NCBI GenBank assembly: GCA_051878615.1 | Contig: JBJEKL010000007.1 | Coordinates: 540-64,539, forward strand | Source of the DNA: Bacteroidaceae bacterium | GTDB taxonomy: Bacteria; Bacteroidota; Bacteroidia; Bacteroidales; Bacteroidaceae | DNA length: 64,000 bases | Direction: 5' to 3' | In this document: positions 1 to 9,900 of the stretch, in pieces | Layout: each line of letters begins with the position of its first letter | Numbering within the stretch: the stretch's first letter is position 1 | Made by a program: the position numbers and the translations under genes | Notes under the pieces: generated by a model | What the model was told of the DNA's origin: nothing | The model's input: only the letters and a program-made list of their open reading frames with translations | Databases searched by the model: none

Positions 1-21
1 GACACATGAGAATATGACAAG

Positions 22-411
22 ATGAACTTCGGAAAAGAATCGGAAAAGAGAAACTCAGTAAGAGACGTATTATTTCCAGATTGCCCCATACGTAATATAC
101 TGGCACGTGTGGGAGACAAATGGTCACTCCTTGTGCTGTATACCCTGCAGCATAAGGAGCCGTTGCGCTTCAAACAGATTGGACGTGAGTTGCCAGACAT
201 CTCACAGAAGATGCTTTCCCAAACCCTACGCACATTGGAAGAGGATGGATTTGTACGTCGAGAAGTGTTTGCAGAGGTTCCTCCACGTGTGGAATATACT
301 CTGACGCCTCGTGCCAATTCTTTTTTGCCGATGGTTAACAATCTTATAGAATGGGCCATTGAAAACATGAACGACATCATCAAGGACCGAGAATCACACA
401 AGCAAGCCTAA
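22..411 (+). CDS. HxlR-family winged-helix transcriptional regulator
   Basis: 129-aa ORF. The stretch CPIRNILARVGDKWSLLVLYTL...RFKQIGRELPDISQKMLSQTLRTLEEDGFVRR...PPRVEYTLT is the typical HxlR HTH signature. Confidence 0.85.
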   Translation: MNFGKESEKRNSVRDVLFPDCPIRNILARVGDKWSLLVLYTLQHKEPLRFKQIGRELPDISQKMLSQTLRTLEEDGFVRREVFAEVPPRVEYTLTPRANSFLPMVNNLIEWAIENMNDIIKDRESHKQA

Positions 412-432
412 ACACAGATTGGGATTTTGTAT

Positions 433-440
433 TATCTTTG
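433..440 (+). promoter_or_regulatory. -7 box TATCTTTG upstream of the GH130 gene
   Basis: Matches the Bacteroides TAnnTTTG consensus and lies 43 nt before the ATG. Confidence 0.45.
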
Positions 441-482
441 CAGACAAAACCACATAATGGAAATGTATAAACCAAAAGAAAA

Positions 483-1667
483 ATGAAAAGATTCAGTTTG
501 CTTCTGATGCTTCTCTTCCGGGCCATCATGGCTCCTGCCGAAGAGAATGTCCTGCCCGAATGGGCGCTTGGCGGATTTGTACGTCCCGAAGGTGTCAATC
601 CGCTTGTCAGTCCCACAGAGAAAACCCTATTTGCCTGCCCTATGAAGGGAACAAAAGTGAAATGGGAATGTGCCGACACATTCAATCCCGCAGCCGTGGT
701 GAGAAAAGGCAAGATAGTGGTGCTCTACAGGGCCGAGGATGACCCAAACGCAGGCATAGGCGGCAGGACATCCAGAGTGGGATATGCCGAGAGCAAGGAC
801 GGCATACACATCAGCCGCAGACTGAAGAAGCCCGTGACCTATCCCGACGGATCGGAAATATCCAAGACCTATGAATGGCCAGGAGGAGTGGAAGACCCCA
901 GAGTGGTGGAGGCAAACGTAAACGGCGAAACCCTATACATCATGACCCATACGGCATGGAACAAGAAGGTGGCCAGGCTGAGTATCTCCACCAGCAAAGA
1001 CTTGAAGAAATGGACTCATCACGGACCTGCCTTTCAGGATGCCTATAACGGGAAGTTTGCCAACCTCTTCTGCAAGTCGGGGTCCATACTGACAGAGGTC
1101 AAAGACGGAAGGTTGCAAGCTGCCAAGATAAACATAGGAGGCAAACAAAAATATTTCATGTATTGGGGCGAGCAATGGGTATGCGGAGCCACAAGTGATG
1201 ACCTCATCCATTGGCAACCTGTGGTGGACAGCCAGGACGAGTTGCTCTATCTGGTGCGCCCTCGCAAAGGCTACTTTGACAGCCAGCTCACGGAATGTGG
1301 TCCCCCAGCCGTACTTACCGACAAGGGCATCGTGCTGATATACAACGGCAAGAACAAGAACGGACAGGATGGAGACCCTGCCTATGCTGCCAACACGTAT
1401 GCTGCAGGACAGATGCTCTTCAGCAAGTCCAATCCCCTAATCCTGCTTGAACGACTGGATAAACCGTTCTTCCGCCCCATGGCTGATTTCGAGAAGAGTG
1501 GCCAGTATGCTGCAGGAACGGTTTTTGTGGAGGGACTTGTGCTCCATCGGGGCAAATGGTTTCTGTACTACGGATGTGCCGACTCCTTTGTAGGAGTGGC
1601 CGTATATGACCCAGCCTCCACTCCACGAGTGGGAGACCCCCTGAGCATCACAGAATCGTCTAATTGA
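483..1667 (+). CDS. Glycoside hydrolase family 130 protein (beta-mannoside hydrolase/phosphorylase fold), secreted
   Basis: 394-aa ORF with an N-terminal signal peptide. GH130-like blocks are TFNPAAV, VVLYRAED, SRVGYAESKDG, GVEDPRV and WFLYYGCADS. A TATCTTTG -7 box lies 43 nt upstream. Confidence 0.75.
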   Translation: MKRFSLLLMLLFRAIMAPAEENVLPEWALGGFVRPEGVNPLVSPTEKTLFACPMKGTKVKWECADTFNPAAVVRKGKIVVLYRAEDDPNAGIGGRTSRVGYAESKDGIHISRRLKKPVTYPDGSEISKTYEWPGGVEDPRVVEANVNGETLYIMTHTAWNKKVARLSISTSKDLKKWTHHGPAFQDAYNGKFANLFCKSGSILTEVKDGRLQAAKINIGGKQKYFMYWGEQWVCGATSDDLIHWQPVVDSQDELLYLVRPRKGYFDSQLTECGPPAVLTDKGIVLIYNGKNKNGQDGDPAYAANTYAAGQMLFSKSNPLILLERLDKPFFRPMADFEKSGQYAAGTVFVEGLVLHRGKWFLYYGCADSFVGVAVYDPASTPRVGDPLSITESSN

Positions 1668-3390
1668 GAATCTTCATTTCACGCAGATATTCAGCTATGC
1701 GGTCAAGCCACGTATAACTGCCTGTTCCCGGAGAGGCTTTGACCTGGAAGCAATGCTGACGCAAGGCAAGGGTATGGAGTTCGCTCTGGATGCCCATGCT
1801 GCGCATCTTCTCCCACACCTTGACAGAACCCATCGAGGCATACCCGTCGGCATCGCCATGGATGAAAAGCATAGGTGAGGTGTTGAGGTCGAAACTGAAT
1901 TCTGGCACAAGGGTGTCATCGTCAGAATTTCCTCCGCCACTGTTATGTCCGTCCGCTCCATCCTTGAGCGCGTAGGCAGGATAGATGCCTATACCCCATT
2001 GGACGTTGCATGGAAGACGGTCGATGTCATCAATGGGCAGATAGGACTGATGCATGGATGAAGTGACTCCCATCAACGTGAGATGTCCGCCCGCAGAACT
2101 GCCCATGATGCCCACCTTGGTTCCGTCCAGTCCGTATTTCGAGGCCTCGGAACGGACAATCCTGACAGCCCTTTGCAAATCCTGCCAAGCAGTCAGATGC
2201 TTGGGCAGTCCCTTGGGGCGAGGTGTGCGGTAACGCATCGTGACCACAGTCATACCCAATTCGTTCAGATAACGTCGGGCAGGAGCAACCTCGAATCCGT
2301 CGAAATTGTTCCCCATATAAGAACCTCCGCTATAGATAATCTGTATGGCATCGGTCTTCTTCTCCTTGGGAAAATACCACTTGATTACGGGCTTACATTG
2401 GTTTTCCTGCAGGTCGGGCACCTTTCCCTCGGGCCACACATCGGCCTCAATGACCTTAGCACAAGCATCATCGGAGATAAACCTTGACATCAATTCCACC
2501 TCCGGTTCAAGCGGTTTGTAGAACTCCATCTGATGCATAAACTCCACAGCACGTTCCAGTCCATAGGCTCCGTGCGGACGATTGGGATAGAGATGCAGCT
2601 CTGCAGGAACACCTCGCTTGCGGAGCTCGCGATAGATGAGTGTAGACCCATTGGGAGAGTATTCATCGGCTCCGCCATGATGCAGCGACATGGGGCAGGT
2701 GCGCGAATCGAACTTATATATGTCGGACAACCTGATATCCAGTCCGTAGCCCTGTCGGGTGGCAGGAGTGCCCGTCTGCCCATCGGTGGTCACATAGGCA
2801 GGAGAGTTCACTATGGCCCAGTTGATGTGGCAGGAGACGGTATCAAGGGCATCTACAGGCTCATAGGCAGGAGTCTGCGAACTGGTGGCAAGCAAGAGGG
2901 CCAGATGTGAACCAGCGGACTGGCTGATGACACCTATCTTCTCAGGATTGAATCCGCGCTTCTTGGCCTCGCTGCGTATCATGCGAACGGCACGCTGGGC
3001 ATCCTCCCAAGCAGTCTGATAGATGGGCAAACCTTCGGGACGTGGAGTGCGATATACAAACTTCACACATTGGATACCCTCCTGAGTGAGCCTCTTGTTC
3101 CACTCGTCCACCAGTCCCATATCGCAACAGGTGTAATAACCACCACCCGAGATGAGTATCATGCAGGCATCCGTACGAACACTCTTGTCGGGGGCAGGCA
3201 TCCACTCGATATAGGCCACACGATGCTTCTCGGGATTGAAATCCTTGTCGCGTGCCATATCAAGCATGGCTGCTATCTGATGGTCCTGACGGTGAGGCAT
3301 CTTCCCTTTTGGCCATACGGTCTCGATATCTGCAGCAAAGCCGTGTAGTAACGCAAAGAGCGTGCATACAAATAGGATGTTCTTTTTCAT
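1660..3390 (-). CDS. Tandem-duplicated alpha/beta-hydrolase (carbohydrate esterase-like), secreted
   Basis: The ORF runs to 3444, but the signal peptide MKKNILFVCTLFALL starts at the ATG at 3390. It has two homologous halves, each with WP.GK.P, GGGY/GGSY and a GxSxG nucleophile motif (SQSAGSH and GSSAGGH). Confidence 0.75.
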   Translation of the reverse strand: MKKNILFVCTLFALLHGFAADIETVWPKGKMPHRQDHQIAAMLDMARDKDFNPEKHRVAYIEWMPAPDKSVRTDACMILISGGGYYTCCDMGLVDEWNKRLTQEGIQCVKFVYRTPRPEGLPIYQTAWEDAQRAVRMIRSEAKKRGFNPEKIGVISQSAGSHLALLLATSSQTPAYEPVDALDTVSCHINWAIVNSPAYVTTDGQTGTPATRQGYGLDIRLSDIYKFDSRTCPMSLHHGGADEYSPNGSTLIYRELRKRGVPAELHLYPNRPHGAYGLERAVEFMHQMEFYKPLEPEVELMSRFISDDACAKVIEADVWPEGKVPDLQENQCKPVIKWYFPKEKKTDAIQIIYSGGSYMGNNFDGFEVAPARRYLNELGMTVVTMRYRTPRPKGLPKHLTAWQDLQRAVRIVRSEASKYGLDGTKVGIMGSSAGGHLTLMGVTSSMHQSYLPIDDIDRLPCNVQWGIGIYPAYALKDGADGHNSGGGNSDDDTLVPEFSFDLNTSPMLFIHGDADGYASMGSVKVWEKMRSMGIQSELHTLALRQHCFQVKASPGTGSYTWLDRIAEYLREMKILN

Positions 3391-3455
3391 ATCATTGTTG
3401 TTTTTAGTTCTCAATAAATATGGTTCCGTCAGATGTATTGACATCAGAGGATATA

Positions 3456-3463
3456 CAAAGTTA
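3456..3463 (-). promoter_or_regulatory. -7 box TAACTTTG (minus strand) upstream of the esterase gene
   Basis: The reverse complement of caaagtta matches TAnnTTTG. Confidence 0.4.
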
Positions 3464-3826
3464 TGAATTTTTCAGGGGAAGGATGCATGAAAATTTAGAA
3501 ATTAAAGCCAAACCGCTCATTAGACCGCCAAAGGATGCTTTCGCAGACTGTCTAAATAGCTTATCCTATCATTTACGTCTATCTCCACACTATCCTGTTT
3601 CGCGTTTCTTCTCAACACTGTCCGCTATGCCTTCATAGAAACGGTCGCAATCCGGCAACAGACGAAACTGGAAGAAAATTTAATGATTGATATGGGTTTA
3701 ATGAAGGGAAAGCCGCCACCCATTCCCATATGAGAGGATGAGATGGGAAAAGCCACTCCAATGATTGATTTGGAATAACGCATGTGATATTAGGGAAGGA
3801 AAAGTTGTCATCCGAAGAAAAATGAC

Positions 3827-3834
3827 TAACTTTG
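3827..3834 (+). promoter_or_regulatory. -7 box TAACTTTG upstream of the GH88 gene
   Basis: TAnnTTTG match 79 nt before the ATG at 3913. Confidence 0.4.
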
Positions 3835-3912
3835 AGAGTGCATACTTCCTGGATCCTCCAGGCAGACTATGACACAAAAGACAATCAAAAACAAACAAAA
3901 CTGTCACGCCCT

Positions 3913-5106
3913 ATGAAGAGAATGTTGTATCTCGTCGGCCTCCTGTTTGCCTCTCTGTCCATGACGGCGCAGGAACCCATAAGCAAAATCGTGGAAAGAG
4001 GAGTTGAGTTCAGCCGAAACCAGAGTCGTGTTTTGGCCAAACTGTTGGCCGACAAGCAGGGACGTCTGCCGCGCACTTATGAAAACGGCCAACTCCTGAC
4101 AAGTGACTATCACCATTGGTGCTGCGGATTCTTCCCCGGTGTCTTGTGGCAACTATATGGAGATAAACCCGATGAGGAATTTCGCCACTATGCGGAGCTC
4201 TTTACTGAACGATGCGAACCAGCCAAGAGACTGACCAACACCCACGACCTCGGCTTCATGCTCTACTGCAGTTTCGGCCAAGGATACCGTTTGACGGGCA
4301 ATCCCCATTATCTGGATGTCATCAAGGAGGGCACACAGAGCCTCCTGACCCGCTATGACGAGAAATTGGGAGTGATAAAATCATGGGAATCAAACAAGAA
4401 GTGGAAGTATCCCGTCATCATCGACAACATGATGAACCTGGAGATGCTATGCTTCATGACACGCATGACAAACGACCACCATTACATGCAAGTGGCCCAA
4501 AAGCATGCCAATACCACGATGAAAAACCATTTCCGCAAAGACTACAGTACCTATCACCTGGTATCGTTTGACCCTGCCACCGGCAAGCCACATGTGAAAC
4601 AAACGGTACAAGGCTTTTCCGACAGCAGTTCGTGGGCACGTGGCCAAGCCTGGGGATTCTATGGCTATACGATGATGTACCGTGAGACACGCAATCCCAA
4701 GTATCTCAAACAGGCACGCCGTATCGCCAATTTTATCGTGACACATCCACGCCTGCCCGAGGATGGTGTGCCCTACTGGGACTTCGATGCCGAGGGAATA
4801 CCCTATGCCCTACGCGATGCTTCGGCTGCCGCCATCATGGCATGTGCCTTCATCGAACTCTCACAATTGGACAGAAAGCAGGATGCCGACAGGTGGCTTG
4901 CCATGGCAGAAAAGCAGATACGCACTCTCAGCACACCCGCCTATCTGGCAGAACCAGGCACGCAGGGAGGTTTCATCTTGAAGCATGGGGTGGGTCATCT
5001 GCCCGGCAAGAGCGAAGTGGATGTACCTCTAAGCTATGCCGACTATTATTATGTGGAGGCTCTGTTGCGCATGAAGAAGTTACTTGAGCACCCAACGGCC
5101 CAATAA
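3913..5106 (+). CDS. Glycoside hydrolase family 88 (unsaturated glucuronyl hydrolase)
   Basis: The ORF opens at 3832, but the signal peptide MKRMLYLVGLLFASLSMTAQ starts at 3913. GH88-like blocks are WCCGFFPGVLW, THDLGFM, IIDNMMNLE and SSWARGQAWGFYGY. Confidence 0.8.
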   Translation: MKRMLYLVGLLFASLSMTAQEPISKIVERGVEFSRNQSRVLAKLLADKQGRLPRTYENGQLLTSDYHHWCCGFFPGVLWQLYGDKPDEEFRHYAELFTERCEPAKRLTNTHDLGFMLYCSFGQGYRLTGNPHYLDVIKEGTQSLLTRYDEKLGVIKSWESNKKWKYPVIIDNMMNLEMLCFMTRMTNDHHYMQVAQKHANTTMKNHFRKDYSTYHLVSFDPATGKPHVKQTVQGFSDSSSWARGQAWGFYGYTMMYRETRNPKYLKQARRIANFIVTHPRLPEDGVPYWDFDAEGIPYALRDASAAAIMACAFIELSQLDRKQDADRWLAMAEKQIRTLSTPAYLAEPGTQGGFILKHGVGHLPGKSEVDVPLSYADYYYVEALLRMKKLLEHPTAQ

Positions 5107-5182
5107 CCCTCCATCTGCCATCAGAAAACTCCAGAGGCTCGCGCGCGCATATATAAATATATATAATGTATATAAGGAAAAA

Positions 5183-5221
5183 GGTTGGCCCCGTATGGCA
5201 TGACTGCCACAGGGACCAACC
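5183..5221. terminator. Imperfect hairpin between the convergent GH88 and GH-A hydrolase genes (possible bidirectional terminator)
   Basis: GGTTGGCCC...GGGaCCAACC outer stem with an inner TGGCA/TGCCA stem. Confidence 0.45.
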
Positions 5222-5259
5222 CTTCTGTTTCACTACAGTACTATCTTAGTCCAGGAAGA

Positions 5260-6348
5260 TTACTTTCCAGTCAGAGCCTTGATGGTATCAACCTCCTCCT
5301 GTGAGAAAGGAGTTCCATCCTGGCGATAGATGTCATGGAACCACAAGGGAGGCTCCTGCAGGTCAGGCAGAGGTTCGTCCCAAGCAAAGATAGTATTGGT
5401 CTTTCCAGAAACAAAGCCCCAGTTGATTGCAACAATCTTATTCTCCTTGAGGACCGGCATGACGGTCTGGAAGAGACTGTTGTTGCGACGAGCCATGTAC
5501 TCGGTACAGATGAGGGGGCGGTTCATCATCTGCAGATACTTGATACATTGTCTGTGATCCTCCACTTCGTTATAATTGTGATAAGACACCACATCGGAAT
5601 TCTCCAACTGGAAAGAGTTAAGCGGAGCAAAACTCTTGTCCCAATTCCATACGCCACAGGTAAGAGGTTGAGAGGGATTCACCTCACGTGCCCATACAAA
5701 CACACGCTTGAGCATAGGTAAGGTGGAGACACCATGGCCGCTATTGCCAGGCTCGTTCCAAAGATCCCAGAGCAAGATGCGGTCATCATCCTTGAAAGTG
5801 GTAAGCACATCCTTCACGTAAGCCTCCATCTTGGGATAAAGAGCCACGGTATCCTCTCTCAAGGAGACAGAAGGGTCACGCACCCAACCAGAATTATGCA
5901 CACCTGGTTTGGGATCGGGCTGTTTGCCATAAGCAGACTCAGCATTCCAGCAATCATCGAAGAACACAAACAGAGGCTTAATGCCATGCTGCTGGCAGAT
6001 GGAGAGGAAGTCATCCATGCGGCCCTTCATCCCCTCGGGGTCATTCTCGTACACCACACTACTGAGGTACACGCGCAGGGTCTTGAACCCCAAATCCTCT
6101 GCCATGGTCAATTCGTGGTCAATCTGATCGTGATTATATGTATCACCACTCCACATCTCTATCTGGTTGATAGCATCGGCGTTGATATAATCGGCACCAG
6201 CCATCCACGGCAAAGCCTCATACCACTCATTAGCTTTCTCCTCACTCCATCGCTGGGCTGTGTTGGCTCCTTGCTGCTTACATTGGCAGGCTCCCAGCAT
6301 AAGGGTCAAAGCCCCAGCTGCAAACATCAGAAAATTTCTTGTCTTCAT
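5260..6348 (-). CDS. Clan GH-A (beta/alpha)8 glycoside hydrolase lipoprotein (GH5-like, often annotated as xylanase/cellulase family)
   Basis: 362 aa with lipoprotein signal LMLGAC. It has FKTLRVYL, FVFFDDCWN and the catalytic-acid-type motif LWDLWNEPGN. The exact family cannot be assigned by eye. Confidence 0.6.
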   Translation of the reverse strand: MKTRNFLMFAAGALTLMLGACQCKQQGANTAQRWSEEKANEWYEALPWMAGADYINADAINQIEMWSGDTYNHDQIDHELTMAEDLGFKTLRVYLSSVVYENDPEGMKGRMDDFLSICQQHGIKPLFVFFDDCWNAESAYGKQPDPKPGVHNSGWVRDPSVSLREDTVALYPKMEAYVKDVLTTFKDDDRILLWDLWNEPGNSGHGVSTLPMLKRVFVWAREVNPSQPLTCGVWNWDKSFAPLNSFQLENSDVVSYHNYNEVEDHRQCIKYLQMMNRPLICTEYMARRNNSLFQTVMPVLKENKIVAINWGFVSGKTNTIFAWDEPLPDLQEPPLWFHDIYRQDGTPFSQEEVDTIKALTGK

Positions 6349-6385
6349 ATCACACTATTTAAGTTTTAACGTTAGTCTTCCTTTG

Positions 6386-6393
6386 CAAAGATA
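6386..6393 (-). promoter_or_regulatory. -7 box TATCTTTG (minus strand) upstream of the GH-A hydrolase gene
   Basis: The reverse complement of caaagata matches TAnnTTTG, 38 nt before the start at 6348. Confidence 0.45.
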
Positions 6394-6663
6394 GGGATTT
6401 TATCTTATTACCACCATCATTACCCGCACAAAATATATTCCACCCCACGGGAAACAATTACAATCTCCCCCCCTAATCAAGTAAGTCCAACAACAAGAAT
6501 AAGGAAAAACACAGGACCTATCACCTATTCTGCCAGAAAAGACCGGCCACAAGAAGCGACTTTCAAGCAATAGCATATAGCAGCAAATTGACTTCATTAT
6601 GAAGTGTTATATGTACTATTTCTTTCCTTTTGACAGTTTTTTTTCATTTTTACTTCCATTATG

Positions 6664-6694
6664 TTTGTCGTATAACTAATATATTTTATCTTTG
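6664..6694 (+). promoter_or_regulatory. Bacteroidetes sigma-A-type promoter for putA (-33 TTTG / -7 TATCTTTG)
   Basis: TTTG at 6664-6667 and TATCTTTG at 6687-6694 are separated by 19 nt. This implies a roughly 200-nt leader. Confidence 0.55.
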
Positions 6695-6903
6695 CAGTAT
6701 GATTTTCACTAAAAGTCACGAGTTATGAAAAGAATGTATTTTGACATGTATTCAAGGCAAGCCCTGTCAGAGCTTCATCGCTACAGGGCCGTAATGTTCA
6801 GCCCCACTCTGTACTTCTGCTGACTCTTGACCATCCAAATGCGGCCAAGAAGTCAATTTTCGGGTTTTATCAATTAAATGAAGAACAGACAAAAAGCCAC
6901 ATT

Positions 6904-9900
6904 ATGAACAAACCAACAATCAAAGAAGTAGAAGATTGGGTAATGACACTTTACAACACGTGTGAGGAGACCATTACCGATGCTGAACGAAAGGAACAGC
7001 ACAAGTATGCCACCATGGTGCAGCGCCCGCAGGACAAGAAATTCCTGGTGAAGATGCTTGATGAGTCATCGCAGATTCGTGATGACAAGAAACTGGCCAA
7101 GCGCATCAAGGTACTCATTGACGAGTATGGCATCCCCAAGTTCCTGAACAAGCGTGACACGTTCCTTTTCAAGATGTACCAGTCCTTTGGACATTACTTC
7201 TACCCCATCGCCATCCCCATCATCAAGAAAAGGCTCAGGATGGACACCTCACGTGTGATTATCGATGCGGCACGTCCTCATCTGACAAAACATCTGGCCA
7301 CACGATTTGACCAGAAAATAGGTCAGAACGTGAACCTGCTGGGTGAGGTGGTGCTTGGTGACGAAGAGGCAGACAAGCGCTACTACAGTTATCTGGAAGC
7401 CCTGAAGGAGCCAGACATCAACTACATCTCGGTAAAGATATCCGGCATCTATGCACAGACGCATGCCCTGAACTACGAAGAGTCGTTCCCCGAACTGGTG
7501 CGACGCATGTCGGAACTCTATCAGGCTGCCATCGACAATCCCTACGTGGACGAGAACGGCAAGAAACGCTCCAAGTTTATCAACCTCGACATGGAGGAAT
7601 ACAAGGATGCCCACCTGACAATGCGCCTCTTCAAAGAAGTGCTCTCGAAGCCTGAGTTCCTGAACTACTCTGCCGGCATCGTGGTGCAGGCCTACCTGCC
7701 TGACGCATGGGGATTCCAGTCCGAACTTCTGGAGTTTGCCAAGGAGCGTTGCAGCCGTGGTGGTGCACCCATCAAGATGCGTATCGTGAAGGGATGCAAC
7801 CTAGATATGGAGACCGTAGTGGCTTCGTTGCGTGGATGGGAGAATCCTGTTCGTCCCAACAAGACAGAAGTGGATGCCAACTATCTGCACATCATCGAGC
7901 GTGGCCTGCTACCTCAGAACTCCCAGTATCTGCACATCGGCATGGCATCACACAACCTCTACACCATCTCATATGCTTATCTGCTCACCAAGATGTACGG
8001 TACTCCGAAGGATACATTCTGCTTTGAGATGCTTGAAGGTATGGCCGACCAGGTATGGCGAGCACAATCCAAGTTGGGCAACCATGTGATCCTGTACACT
8101 CCTGTGGTCAAGGACGAGCATTTCCTCAATGCGGTATCCTATCTGGTACGCCGTATGGATGAGAATACGGCTCCCGACAACTTCCTCACACACTCCTTCA
8201 ACCTGAAGCCCAACACCGAGGCCTGGAACTTCCTGAAGAAGCAGTTTGAGGATGCCTATGCCATCAAGGACTCCATCCCTCACACTCCTCATCGCACACA
8301 GAACCGGCAGGAACCCTACAAGCCCGTTCCTCCCATGGACGAGATGAAGAACGAGCCAGACACGGATTTCGACCGCGAGTGCAATCAGGAATGGCAAAGG
8401 CAGATTTTCGCCAAGTGGAAAAAGAGCAAGGACGACAAGCCCTATATCATTCCCACACAGATAGGCGAAGAGACCGTGGAGAACGAAAGTCGTGCCAAAT
8501 ACTATGACCGATGCCAGAATGACGAAGTGGAAATCTGTGAGATGTCGAAAGCCACCGTAAGTCAGGTGGATGAAATCATCAAGATAGCTGCCTCTGACCC
8601 CAAAGGCTGGCGAAACACCACCATCGAGGAACGTCACAAAATCATGTACGAGGCAGCCAACCGCCTGGGCGAGATGCGCGGCGACCTCATCGGATGTATG
8701 TGTGCCATCACAGGCAAGACGGTCACAGAAGGAGACGTAGAGGTATCGGAGGGTATCGACTATGCACGATTCTACACCCCATCGATGAAGAAGTTCTATC
8801 AGTTGGACGATGTGGATATCAAGGCCAAGGGTACCATTCTGGTTATCTCTCCATGGAACTTCCCATGTGCCATCCCCTGTGGAGGCGTCGTTGCAGCCTT
8901 GGCTTCAGGCAATACATGCATATTGAAGCCTGCCACCGTAGCAGCACCCGTGGCATGGCTCTTTGCCAAAGCATTCTGGGATGCCGGTGTACCCAAGGAA
9001 GCCCTACAGGTAATCATTACCGAACGTGATGCACTCACCCGCCTCACCACGGCTCCAGAGATAAACCACATCATACTCACAGGAGGAACCGACACGGCTC
9101 AGGCCATCACGAAGGCCAATCCCACCACACCCCTGTCTGCCGAGACCGGTGGAAAGAACGTGATGATTATCACTGCATCGGCCGACCGTGACCACGCCAT
9201 CATGAATGCCTGTGCATCTGCCTTTGGAAACGCAGGACAGAAATGCTCGGCATGTTCCCTGCTGCTGGTTGAGCGCTCGGTATACGAATCAGAAGAGTTC
9301 AGGACCAAGCTGAAAGACTGCGCCACATCCATGAAGGTGGGTAGCGTTTGGAATGCAGGCAATATCGTGGGTCCAATGATTACCAACCAGAACGAGAAAC
9401 TCCTCAAGGCTATCAATATTCTGGAGCCGGGCGAGTCATGGCTTGTGCCTCCCCGATTCGTGGACGAGAAGAAATATATCTTGGCCCCAACAGTCAAGAT
9501 GGGTGTAAGTCCCAAGAACTATTCCTTCCGTACAGAGTTGTTCGGACCCATGCTTTCCGTTTGTCCCTTTGACACACTTCAGGAGGCTATCGACCTGGTC
9601 AATGGTCTCGACTATGGTCTGACATCCGGTATCCAGTCCCTTGACGAGGCAGAGCGTGCCCTGTGGAAGAACTCCATTCAGGCAGGCAACCTGTACATTA
9701 ACCGAGGCATCACAGGTGCCATTGTCAACCGACAGCCCTTCGGTGGCATGAAGCTATCTGCATTTGGCGGAGGCATCAAGGCAGGAGGTCCCAACTATTG
9801 CGCCCAATTTACTTACATCACCGACAAGGAAGGATCAACCACTGACTATGCGAAGAGTTATGCTGAAGCATGGGAACAGGAGTTCCGTTATCCTCGCGAC

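Noticed and set aside
3560-3660. Possible gene remnant on the minus strand (…FQFRLLPDCDRFYEGIADSVEKKRETG*) in the esterase/GH88 intergenic region.
   Set aside because: It is only about 29 codons, preceded by a stop, with no start codon and no family I can recognise. It cannot be distinguished from chance.
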